64,000 nucleotides of DNA from Bacilli bacterium. GTDB taxonomy: Bacteria; Bacillota_I; Bacilli_A; RFN20; CAG-826. The stretch is from the NCBI GenBank assembly GCA_900767605.1, contig CAAFZT010000010.1, positions 171-64,170 of the forward strand. The letters run 5' to 3'. Both the position numbers and the translations under genes were made by a program. Each line of letters starts with the position of its first letter. Positions within the stretch are counted from its first letter, which is position 1. This document shows positions 18,835 through 27,111 of the stretch, in pieces. The notes under the pieces are model-generated. The model had not been told where the DNA came from. It did not search any database and saw only the letters and a list, made by a program, of their open reading frames with translations.

Positions 18835-20310
18835 TTAGGCAAGTTTTAGAGATGCGTTATTGTAACTAACTCCGCCTTCTTCAGAGGTAATCGTGATATG
18901 AACCGTGGAGGCCCCTTCCGGTACCGTGAGATCACGCGTTATTTCCTCCCAATTCGTGGTAGAAACAGGGATGACTTCGGTTTTGCCAACGGTCTTTCCG
19001 CTGGCCTTTCGATAGGAGATTTCGATGTTGCCTGAACTAGCGGTATTTTGGAGTTTTGCGTTGATTTTGAATTTTGCTTTGGTTCCCGGATAAAGCAAAC
19101 TCACATCCTGACCTAAATATTCTCCATGGTATTCTTCCGTGGAATTTGCAGCGTTTAAGGTAAAGTAGTGGTCACCACCGTTTGATTCTAAAACCGTGTT
19201 GCCCATCGAGGATTCTTCCCGTTTCCATCCGAAATAGGAATTGTCCGCTTTCGCGATGTCTATCGTTTCAAAATTGGCATTGGAAAGTTTCTCGATGTGA
19301 TTCGTTTCCGCGTAGGGAACGGACTCCGGGGCGATTTCGCTGGGGGATTTGTGACTATAGGAAGGATTACCCCTGGCTTCTTCACAATATTGGCTTACGG
19401 AATCGAATTCCACGTAGGAAATCTCTTTGACGATCATGTAGTCGGTGTCGAAATAAGGATTTCCGGCCCATGAGGGGAGCCATAACCCGATCCAAAGGGG
19501 CATGGCGGTGGTCGGAACGGCATCTCCATCAATGGATTGGATGAGAATGCCGTCGATAAACCAGTCGATCCACGTCTTTCCGCTTCCTTGATAATCGGTA
19601 TACCAATCGAAGGTGAATTTATGGAATTTCCCATCGTTAAGGTAGCCGATTTTGGTTACGTCGACATTTTGGGTTTCTTTCATGGAGTGAGTTGTCCACG
19701 TGGTGCACCACTGATTGGTGTATTGCCCGTCTCCCCCAAGTTCGATGTCGATTTCGTTTTGGGAGGTTTCTTCGTTACCTGTGGCGCAATAATAGGTCCA
19801 CATCGCGGTGACCCCGCCTTCTCGCGGCATCGGGCGCATGTCGATTTCAAAACGACCGGGTTTTAAGAAATTCTTGGACATGATGACGCCGCCTTCGGCT
19901 TTGATACGTCCTTGTTTGGCGCTGACCATGTCGGAATCTTGACAATAATTTCCACGGCCTCGAATTCCTAAATACGTCGAGGACCCATCTTGAATGTATT
20001 TCACGTTTCGCGAACGCACCCCGTTATGCCAATCGGTTTGGCCCCCGGCATCCCAGTAGCCGTCGAGGATCCACCAAAGGCTATCATCTAACTTGCCGTT
20101 ATTTAGTTTTTCGTCGAAGGAGAGGGTAGAACCTTCTTCTTTGCTCACTCTTTCAAACACGGAATCGTAATAGGCGGTTCCGTCAAAAGTCGTTGGCGGG
20201 ACAATTTTCGTGGGTTGAGAAGAAGCAGCGTGTCCGCCTCCGCAAGAAGCAAGCGCTGCAAGGGATAAGGTGAGCAAACTCACAGGGAATCGAGAGGTTT
20301 TATGATTCAT
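18835..20310 (-). CDS. GH16 beta-glucanase lipoprotein with C-terminal carbohydrate-binding-like domain
   Basis: Start trimmed to MNHKTSRFPVSLLTLSLAALASCGGG (GGAGG SD). The catalytic motif is NEIDIELGG. Confidence 0.8.
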   Translation of the reverse strand: MNHKTSRFPVSLLTLSLAALASCGGGHAASSQPTKIVPPTTFDGTAYYDSVFERVSKEEGSTLSFDEKLNNGKLDDSLWWILDGYWDAGGQTDWHNGVRSRNVKYIQDGSSTYLGIRGRGNYCQDSDMVSAKQGRIKAEGGVIMSKNFLKPGRFEIDMRPMPREGGVTAMWTYYCATGNEETSQNEIDIELGGDGQYTNQWCTTWTTHSMKETQNVDVTKIGYLNDGKFHKFTFDWYTDYQGSGKTWIDWFIDGILIQSIDGDAVPTTAMPLWIGLWLPSWAGNPYFDTDYMIVKEISYVEFDSVSQYCEEARGNPSYSHKSPSEIAPESVPYAETNHIEKLSNANFETIDIAKADNSYFGWKREESSMGNTVLESNGGDHYFTLNAANSTEEYHGEYLGQDVSLLYPGTKAKFKINAKLQNTASSGNIEISYRKASGKTVGKTEVIPVSTTNWEEITRDLTVPEGASTVHITITSEEGGVSYNNASLKLA

Positions 20311-20324
20311 TTTTCCGTCCTCCA

Positions 20325-20338
20325 AGAAATCGGTTTCT
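20325..20338. promoter_or_regulatory. LacI-family operator-like palindrome in the GH16 leader
   Basis: AGAAATCGGTTTCT, 15 nt upstream of ATG 20310. Confidence 0.45.
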
Positions 20339-20406
20339 CTTATAGAAAGAATAGCATCGAGCGCGCGAAACGACAATCTTTTTTTGAAAGCGCTTTACTT
20401 TGCGTG

Positions 20407-20436
20407 TTGACATGACAATTTTCCGATTTCTATAAT
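20407..20436 (+). promoter_or_regulatory. sigma-70-type promoter of the ABC/glucan operon
   Basis: TTGACA-18 nt-TATAAT, with an operator-like site 16 nt downstream. Confidence 0.6.
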
Positions 20437-20451
20437 TAACACAGGAATTTA

Positions 20452-20465
20452 AGAAACCGCTTTCT
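20452..20465. promoter_or_regulatory. LacI-family operator-like palindrome
   Basis: AGAAACCGCTTTCT lies between the -10 and the SD of CDS 20488. A related site, TGAAAGCGCTTTAC, is at 20385-20398. Confidence 0.5.
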
Positions 20466-20487
20466 TAAATGGAAAAGGAGTCGCGAA

Positions 20488-21945
20488 ATGAACAAAAAAA
20501 CCCTTAAAAATTCTCTGCTTGTTTTATCAAGCATTGTCTTACTTGCCTCTTGCGGAGGCGGAAATGGCGGTGGAGACACCCCCAAAGATGATGAGCTTTG
20601 GATTTGTGCCTATAAGGGTGGATATGGCGACGCGTGGTTAGAATCCATGACGAAAGAGTTTGAAACCAAGACCGGAATTAAAGTCGTCTATCGCACGGAT
20701 ACTTCCTTGCTCGACAAATTAGAGAATGATTTAAAGAACGGAAGCGACTTCGACCTTTATATGTCCCACGATATTCCTTGGCAACGTTATGCCGCCAGCG
20801 GATACCTCGCGACCATGGATGATCTTTACGAGACCAAAGTCGATGGATATGGCGATAAGACCTTCCAGGATCGTCTTGTGGATGGCGCGGCTGAAATCTC
20901 TTCTCTTTCGGTGAATGGCGAGACCCATTATTACAAATCCTGCTGGACGCAAGGAGCGGGTGGATTCGTCTACAACGCCACGATGTTCCAAGAAAATGGA
21001 TGGTCTGTTCCGACGACCTATGATGAATTGGTCACCCTTTGCCAAACGATTAATGATGCAAAATTAACCGTCAGCGGTTCCCGTGAGAAGGTCAAACCCT
21101 TCACTTGGAGCGGAAGTCAACGTCAGTATTATTGGGATTACCCCGTGTTTGAGTGGTGGTACCAACTTGCCGGTGGTAAAAAATTCAATGACATCAAGCA
21201 ATTTAAAGGCGCGGATGGATCCTATTCCACGGGCTATGAGATGTATAACCCGAACACCAACTACAAGGAATTTTGGCAAGCCTATGACATGTGGTTCAAT
21301 TTAATCGGCAACAATTCCGAGAACAGCGTCGCTAACTCGGCCAGCAAGACCTTGTCCCAAGCCCAAGCGGATTTCATTTTGGGCAAAGCGGCCATGATTC
21401 CCTATGCTCAATGGGCGAAATACGAATTGAAGAACACGGCAGAAGGGGATTTGGATTTCCAATATGCCATGATGCCGACGCCCAAGGCCACCGCTTCTAG
21501 CGAATCGGTCAATTTCATGGTCGGATTTGGAGATTCCATGATCATCCCGGCTCAGTCCACCCATCAGGATCTTGCCAAAAAATTCTTGGCCTACATGGCG
21601 TCCGCGGATGGATGCAAGACCTTCGTCGATAAAGCAGAAGGCGCCTTCCTTGCTTTTGATTACAAGGACGTCGATTTGTCTTCGATTGAATCTAAAGACC
21701 TTTACACGAAGTCCATTCACGAAAAATTAAGCGCGAAAAATATCAACATTGTTTCCACCAACCCCATTACCTATCTCACGACGAACAAAGTCATGCCGTG
21801 GATCGGAAACACCTACTATTACGATAAGTGCGCTGCGAGCGAGGATAAATCCGCGTTTACTTCCGCTGCACTCGGCAAAACCGTTTACGAGACGGCCAAA
21901 TCGGGCTGGAAGAGCTGGATGACCAGCGCGGGGTTAAAAGACTAA
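20488..21945 (+). CDS. ABC transporter sugar-binding lipoprotein
   Basis: Has the lipobox LLASCGGG. Its size and W/Y-rich composition are typical of family 1 solute-binding proteins. Confidence 0.85.
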   Translation: MNKKTLKNSLLVLSSIVLLASCGGGNGGGDTPKDDELWICAYKGGYGDAWLESMTKEFETKTGIKVVYRTDTSLLDKLENDLKNGSDFDLYMSHDIPWQRYAASGYLATMDDLYETKVDGYGDKTFQDRLVDGAAEISSLSVNGETHYYKSCWTQGAGGFVYNATMFQENGWSVPTTYDELVTLCQTINDAKLTVSGSREKVKPFTWSGSQRQYYWDYPVFEWWYQLAGGKKFNDIKQFKGADGSYSTGYEMYNPNTNYKEFWQAYDMWFNLIGNNSENSVANSASKTLSQAQADFILGKAAMIPYAQWAKYELKNTAEGDLDFQYAMMPTPKATASSESVNFMVGFGDSMIIPAQSTHQDLAKKFLAYMASADGCKTFVDKAEGAFLAFDYKDVDLSSIESKDLYTKSIHEKLSAKNINIVSTNPITYLTTNKVMPWIGNTYYYDKCAASEDKSAFTSAALGKTVYETAKSGWKSWMTSAGLKD

Positions 21946-21955
21946 GGGAAGCAAC

Positions 21956-22951
21956 ATGGCAACTTTCTTTGCCAAAAAACAACCCGGGGCCGCAAGAAAA
22001 CCCAAAGGGAAAAAAGCCTTCGCCTGGGCGACTTATCTCTTCGTCCTTTTGATGTTGCTTTATCCTGTGGGACACTTCTTGATCACTTGGATTGGAGTCA
22101 ATTTCAATTCCTTGCTTCTTGTTTTCCAAAAAAGCGATCGAACGGGGAAACTCTATTGGGTGATGCAGGATTGGAACCACGACTTCGGTTCGTTCTTCCC
22201 CACGTTGTTTAGTAATTTCACTCAGTTATTTGAATCGTTCCAGGACAAAACCCAAAACACTATTTACCAAAATTCTTTGGTTTATTTGGTGATTTCTTGC
22301 TTTGTCACCCTCCCGATTTCGCTTTTCTTCAGCTATTTTGTTTTCAAGAAAATCTGGGGATCCACCTTTTATAAAATCATCTTCTTTATCCCCTCGATCT
22401 TCCCTCTTTTCATCCTTTGCATGGTCTATGCCTATTCATTAGCCCCGGAAGGACTATTCGCTGGCATATTGAACTGGATGAAGATTGATCCGGGCAATTT
22501 CTTCGTCAATCTCAAAATTGATAACACTTCCCGTCAATGGTTCGTTTGGATTTTCATGGTTTGGAGTGGAATCGGTTATGACGTCATCCTCTTGACCGCT
22601 GGCATGAGCCGCATTCCTCGAGAAATCCTCGAATCCTGCAAAATGGATGGGGTGAACCCCTTCCGTGAATTCTTCCGCATCATCGTCCCGCTTTGCTGGC
22701 CGACCATCACCACTTTGTTCGTTTTTGGAATGATGAGCGTTTTCTCAGTTGCCTTCCAGCCGTTCTTCTTGACGGGAGATGCGACGGACATCTATACGAA
22801 AACGATCGGCGAATACATTTATTTCACCAGTAAAGGCGGCAACTACACGGATGTTGCAACGCTTGGTTTGTTCTGTTCATTGATCGGCGCCCCCATTATC
22901 TGCGCGACAAGATGGGGACTCAATAAGGCGTTTGCCAATGTGGGGTTCTAA
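21956..22951 (+). CDS. carbohydrate ABC transporter permease (MalF/UgpA-like)
   Basis: Polytopic membrane protein with an EAA-like loop (...AGMSRIPREILESCKMDG). Confidence 0.85.
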   Translation: MATFFAKKQPGAARKPKGKKAFAWATYLFVLLMLLYPVGHFLITWIGVNFNSLLLVFQKSDRTGKLYWVMQDWNHDFGSFFPTLFSNFTQLFESFQDKTQNTIYQNSLVYLVISCFVTLPISLFFSYFVFKKIWGSTFYKIIFFIPSIFPLFILCMVYAYSLAPEGLFAGILNWMKIDPGNFFVNLKIDNTSRQWFVWIFMVWSGIGYDVILLTAGMSRIPREILESCKMDGVNPFREFFRIIVPLCWPTITTLFVFGMMSVFSVAFQPFFLTGDATDIYTKTIGEYIYFTSKGGNYTDVATLGLFCSLIGAPIICATRWGLNKAFANVGF

Positions 22952-22955
22952 TTCT

Positions 22956-23909
22956 ATGGTTCATTTGTTACATTCCACCCAAAGAGCCCTTCGAAAGAAA
23001 AGGGATGAAAACCGCCAGAGCGGCTACGAAAGAAAACACGACCTTTTATATAAAAGACACGGGGGCGAGAAAGCCCTATTCGTGGTGATGGCGATTCTCT
23101 TCATTTTGTTTGCCGCCACCTTCATCTTCCCGTTCATTTGGCTATTCTTCAATTCGCTCAAAAAGCCTCTAGAATACGCCCAAAACACCATGTCCCTCCC
23201 AAAAACATGGAGATGGAGCAATTTCTCCAAGGCCCTCACGTATTCGAGCACGGATACCAATGGGTATAACTTACTTCAAATGCTAGGGACTTCTGTTCTC
23301 GTGGCAGGAGGCGGAACCTTGGCCACCGTCATCACCTCCAGTTGTGCTGCTTGGGTCGTGGCCAAATACAAATTCCCCGGCCGCTCCTTAATCTTCTCCG
23401 TCGTTATCTTCTCTCTCATCGTTCCTATCGTTGGGTCTTTGCCAAGCCAAATGCAACTCATGAAAGGGATGGGCTTGATGGATAGCGTCATCGGCGTCAT
23501 CTTCCTTTATAGTGGCGGATTTGGAACGAACTTCCTCCTCCTCTATTCCTTCTTCAAGAATTTGAGTTGGACGTATGTAGAAGCAGCCAAAATCGATGGG
23601 GCAAGCGACTTCCGCATCTTCGTTCAAATCGTGCTTCCCATGGCCAAAGGGCCGATGATTGCCGTCGGCGTCCTTAGCCTTATTGGCTTATGGAACGATT
23701 ACCTCACCCCTTCGATTTACCTCAGCAAGCAGCCGACGATTAGCTACGGCATCTACATCATGCAGACCGCCATCAATAACGGCGGATCCAGCGATTACCC
23801 CCTCTTCTTTGCGATGATTCTCTTAACGATCATCCCCATTCTACTCATCTTCATTTTGTTTAATAAAACCATCATGGAAAATACGACCGTTGGCGGTCTA
23901 AAAGGTTAG
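22956..23909 (+). CDS. carbohydrate ABC transporter permease (MalG/UgpE-like)
   Basis: Has the EAA loop VEAAKIDGASDFRIFVQIVLP. The start is uncertain (22932 or 22956). Confidence 0.8.
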   Translation: MVHLLHSTQRALRKKRDENRQSGYERKHDLLYKRHGGEKALFVVMAILFILFAATFIFPFIWLFFNSLKKPLEYAQNTMSLPKTWRWSNFSKALTYSSTDTNGYNLLQMLGTSVLVAGGGTLATVITSSCAAWVVAKYKFPGRSLIFSVVIFSLIVPIVGSLPSQMQLMKGMGLMDSVIGVIFLYSGGFGTNFLLLYSFFKNLSWTYVEAAKIDGASDFRIFVQIVLPMAKGPMIAVGVLSLIGLWNDYLTPSIYLSKQPTISYGIYIMQTAINNGGSSDYPLFFAMILLTIIPILLIFILFNKTIMENTTVGGLKG

Positions 23910-23922
23910 AAAGGAGTTATCC

Positions 23923-25587
23923 ATGAAAAAATCCGGTTTGTTTATTTTGACGGCTAGCATGTTAGCCCTCGTCGCGTGTGGGGATCAACCCTCCACGTCG
24001 CAACCTTCTTCATCTACAGGAGGAGTGACTTCCTCCCAGACGAGCTCGGACAAGAACTCCTCAGAGTCTTCGAAAGAACCCGTTAAGACCTATTCGGTTT
24101 TGTATGTCGCTAATGCAGACTATCAAATCACGGGTCTTAGCAAAACAGGCTATGCGGAAGGCAGCACGGTTAGCTTCCATTTGGAAGTGGCCAACGCGAA
24201 GAAAGAACTAAAATCCGTCAAGGCCAATGACGAAGTCCTAGAAGGAAATAACGGCGATTATTCCTTCACGATGCCTGCTCGCAACGTGCAAATTGTAGTC
24301 ACCCTTCAAGACAAAGTCGTGGAAGGCAAAGAAGTCTTCTTCGATGAAGGAAATTTCGGCTACGGGGAAGAAACTTCCCTTGCCAAAGGCAAATGTGCCT
24401 ATTGGGCTGGCGATGGCGGCGAAATCAAAAATACCGTCAAATCCGGTAACAGCTATTCCTTCGATTTCACCGCAGGCTGGGCTTGGTATGGCGGACAAAT
24501 CTTCTATAAGCTCCCTTACGGAGAAGCGGGAGATTCCATCCACGTTAAATTGAATTTCGTCTCGCCTGCTGCTGGCAAGATTCAACTCAACGCACAAGAA
24601 CAAGTCATCGCCGTTGGCGAAAATGTCTTGGAATATGATGTTGACGGCGGCGCCACGACCATCAGCCTCCAATTAGGGACTCCTGCCGGAGCCCTAGCAA
24701 CCGGCCATTACGAACTCAAAGTTCTTTCGATTCAGGATCAGACCCCGGGAGCCAAATACCATCACGTGGAATTTATTTCGGGCGAAGAAGTTTTGAAAGG
24801 CATCGAAGTCAAAGATCAAAAAACGGTCACGGCACCTGCCTCCCCCGCTGCTCCAGAAGGCGAAGTTTTTGCCGGATGGAAAGCAGGAGAAGTCGCTTGG
24901 TCTGAAACCCTAGCCATCACCAAAGATTACGTTTTCGTTCCGGAATTCGCGGATGCGAGCAACACCTTCACGGTCACCTTCAAAGATGGATCCACCGTTC
25001 TTGGAACGGCAAACCCCGTTAAAGGTCAAGCCACTCAGGTTCCGGAAGGATTAGCCATCCCCTTCGGTTACAAAGCCCTTGGCTGGTACACCGATGAAGC
25101 CTTAACCAAAGCCTTTGATTTATCGACCCCCGTTACGGCGGATACCACGCTTTATTTGAAGAAATGCTTGGCTCCCACCACTTGGCTCAATGCCGCGGAA
25201 GCGGGCTGGGTGATTCCTGCGGACAAACAGGAAACCCTTGCGGATGGGTCTTATCACATCAAAGACTTGGAAGCGTGGCCTGCGGGTTCAGCATCTTACT
25301 TCATCCAAGTCAATTTCACTCCGGCTCCAACTGGAACTGCTGGCAAGACGGTTACCATTTCCGTGGATTACCAAATTAATGGTCAAGGCGGCATTGCTCA
25401 AGTTTTCGAGAACGCAACGATTGGAGAAGCAAAGACCTTAGTAAGTGGCTCCCGCCAAACCGCGACGTTCTCCTATGCGGGAGGAACGCTAGCTAACAAA
25501 AGCAAATTAACGTTTGAATTAGGCAAGGTTAGTGGTGTCACGACGATTGATTTCACCATCTATAGCATCACGGTTACTGAAGCCTAA
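23923..25587 (+). CDS. surface lipoprotein with Listeria-Bacteroides-type repeats
   Basis: Has the lipobox LALVACG and an S/T linker. It also carries FAGWK... and GYKALGWYTDEALTKAFDLSTPVTADTTLYLK repeat motifs. Confidence 0.6.
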   Translation: MKKSGLFILTASMLALVACGDQPSTSQPSSSTGGVTSSQTSSDKNSSESSKEPVKTYSVLYVANADYQITGLSKTGYAEGSTVSFHLEVANAKKELKSVKANDEVLEGNNGDYSFTMPARNVQIVVTLQDKVVEGKEVFFDEGNFGYGEETSLAKGKCAYWAGDGGEIKNTVKSGNSYSFDFTAGWAWYGGQIFYKLPYGEAGDSIHVKLNFVSPAAGKIQLNAQEQVIAVGENVLEYDVDGGATTISLQLGTPAGALATGHYELKVLSIQDQTPGAKYHHVEFISGEEVLKGIEVKDQKTVTAPASPAAPEGEVFAGWKAGEVAWSETLAITKDYVFVPEFADASNTFTVTFKDGSTVLGTANPVKGQATQVPEGLAIPFGYKALGWYTDEALTKAFDLSTPVTADTTLYLKKCLAPTTWLNAAEAGWVIPADKQETLADGSYHIKDLEAWPAGSASYFIQVNFTPAPTGTAGKTVTISVDYQINGQGGIAQVFENATIGEAKTLVSGSRQTATFSYAGGTLANKSKLTFELGKVSGVTTIDFTIYSITVTEA

Positions 25588-25607
25588 TGCGAAAGAAGGA
25601 CATCGAT

Positions 25608-27056
25608 ATGAGAAAAATGAAATGGAAAAATTTTGCCCTGCTCACCTTGTCCGTGGGAATGTTATGTTCCTGCGGCGGCGGCAGTGGCGTAAGCCTTGAA
25701 AAAGGGAAACAAATTTTTGAAGGGAACAACATCTACTTTGAAACCGGCACTTCGGAAAACGTTTCCGCGAAAGTGGAAATCCCCGAAGCCATCCAAAGCG
25801 TGAAGTGCGGACGCACCGAAGCCCAAAAAGGCGAATACTGCTATGAAGATGGCATCTTGACCTTATCCCACGAATTCTTAGCTAAAATCAACAGCACGGG
25901 AGAAAAATCCATCGTGGTGGCGATGAGCAAAGGCAAAGTCACCCTCTCTGCCCTTATTGCGACGAAAATCGTCAAAACAGCGGAGGATTTCGTTGCGATT
26001 GGCAAGGATTCCGTATCGCTTCAAGGGTCTTATGTTCTTGCTAATGATATTGATCTAAGTAGCATCGAGAACTTTGAGCCGCTTGGTTGGTATACCGATG
26101 AAGCAGACCCCAATAACGCCTATTTCCATGGCCTATTGGAAGGTAATGGACACGCGGTGAAAAACGCCAAAGTCTATTATGCGGATAGCGTCTCTTCTAA
26201 CTACAGCGCTTATAGCAAGACGGGAACCATGTTTGAACATGAAGGCCATACGGCCGGTGACAACATCGGTTTATTCCAAGTCATTGGAAGCTCCGGCATC
26301 GTCCGCAACACCCGTTTTGAAGACATCAAAGTCCGTGGTAGAACGATTTGCGGCGTTATCGCTGGCAACGTCATGGGCACGATTGAAAACTGCTATGTCG
26401 CCAATTCCTGTTCCGTTGAAATGGGCACCCATTTCTACGACGATGACTGCAATATGGGTGGCGTTGCTGGCATTTGTGCTGGCAGCGGCAATATCCATAA
26501 CGTCATCAGTGAAGTCACCAATCTTCAACTTGGCGCTCGCGGCGGTGATACCGTTGGGGGAGTGACCATTGAAAAAGCTGGGATTTACGTTGATTTTGAC
26601 GATAAATACAAAGGCGAAACCGGCAACGGATGGGATCACGGAGCCCCTGCAGATAAAGATACCAACGCTTGGTGGAAGTACTGCGCGGTGGATCGCGATG
26701 CCTTGGATGGCAGCGGAAAAGCGCTCGATTCCAACGGTTCTCAATCCAATGGCATTTATGCTTTTGCTGGCAAAACGTGGGGAACCATTGAAAACTGCGT
26801 CTCTCGCAGCTTCCAAATCACCCCGATGGATGGCCAGCCTCGCCCGGTGAATTTCTCGCATACTCATCTCCCTGCGAATAAACCGACATCCGGAGATGCG
26901 CCTCTAGGCACACTTTCGAATAACCAGCTTTTGGATAATGCCGGTTTGAAAGTCGCCTCGAATTATTCCGCCTTCGACACCAATAAATGGAACATCCAAG
27001 ACGGAAAAGTTCCAACCCTCAAATCCGCTTATAGCTTTGTTGCTTTAGCGGAATAA
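25608..27056 (+). CDS. surface lipoprotein with GLUG-like repeats
   Basis: Has the lipobox MLCSCGGG and repeated GGVAG / GVIAGNV motifs. Alternative starts are 25587 and 25617. Confidence 0.55.
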   Translation: MRKMKWKNFALLTLSVGMLCSCGGGSGVSLEKGKQIFEGNNIYFETGTSENVSAKVEIPEAIQSVKCGRTEAQKGEYCYEDGILTLSHEFLAKINSTGEKSIVVAMSKGKVTLSALIATKIVKTAEDFVAIGKDSVSLQGSYVLANDIDLSSIENFEPLGWYTDEADPNNAYFHGLLEGNGHAVKNAKVYYADSVSSNYSAYSKTGTMFEHEGHTAGDNIGLFQVIGSSGIVRNTRFEDIKVRGRTICGVIAGNVMGTIENCYVANSCSVEMGTHFYDDDCNMGGVAGICAGSGNIHNVISEVTNLQLGARGGDTVGGVTIEKAGIYVDFDDKYKGETGNGWDHGAPADKDTNAWWKYCAVDRDALDGSGKALDSNGSQSNGIYAFAGKTWGTIENCVSRSFQITPMDGQPRPVNFSHTHLPANKPTSGDAPLGTLSNNQLLDNAGLKVASNYSAFDTNKWNIQDGKVPTLKSAYSFVALAE

Positions 27057-27076
27057 ATTACATCATTCTTAAACTA

Positions 27077-27098
27077 GGGGGCGGCAATCGCCCCCTTT
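27077..27098 (+). terminator. intra-operon hairpin / weak terminator
   Basis: GGGGGCG-gcaat-CGCCCCC followed by TTT, lying between the surface-protein genes and the cytoplasmic phosphorylase gene. Confidence 0.45.
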
Positions 27099-27111
27099 AG
27101 AAAGGCTCCTC

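Noticed and set aside
26271-26867. 198-aa minus-strand ORF (similar case: 30519-31142, 207 aa)
   Set aside because: Both are shadow ORFs inside the GLUG-like lipoprotein and GH16 genes. Neither has motifs or a ribosome-binding site.
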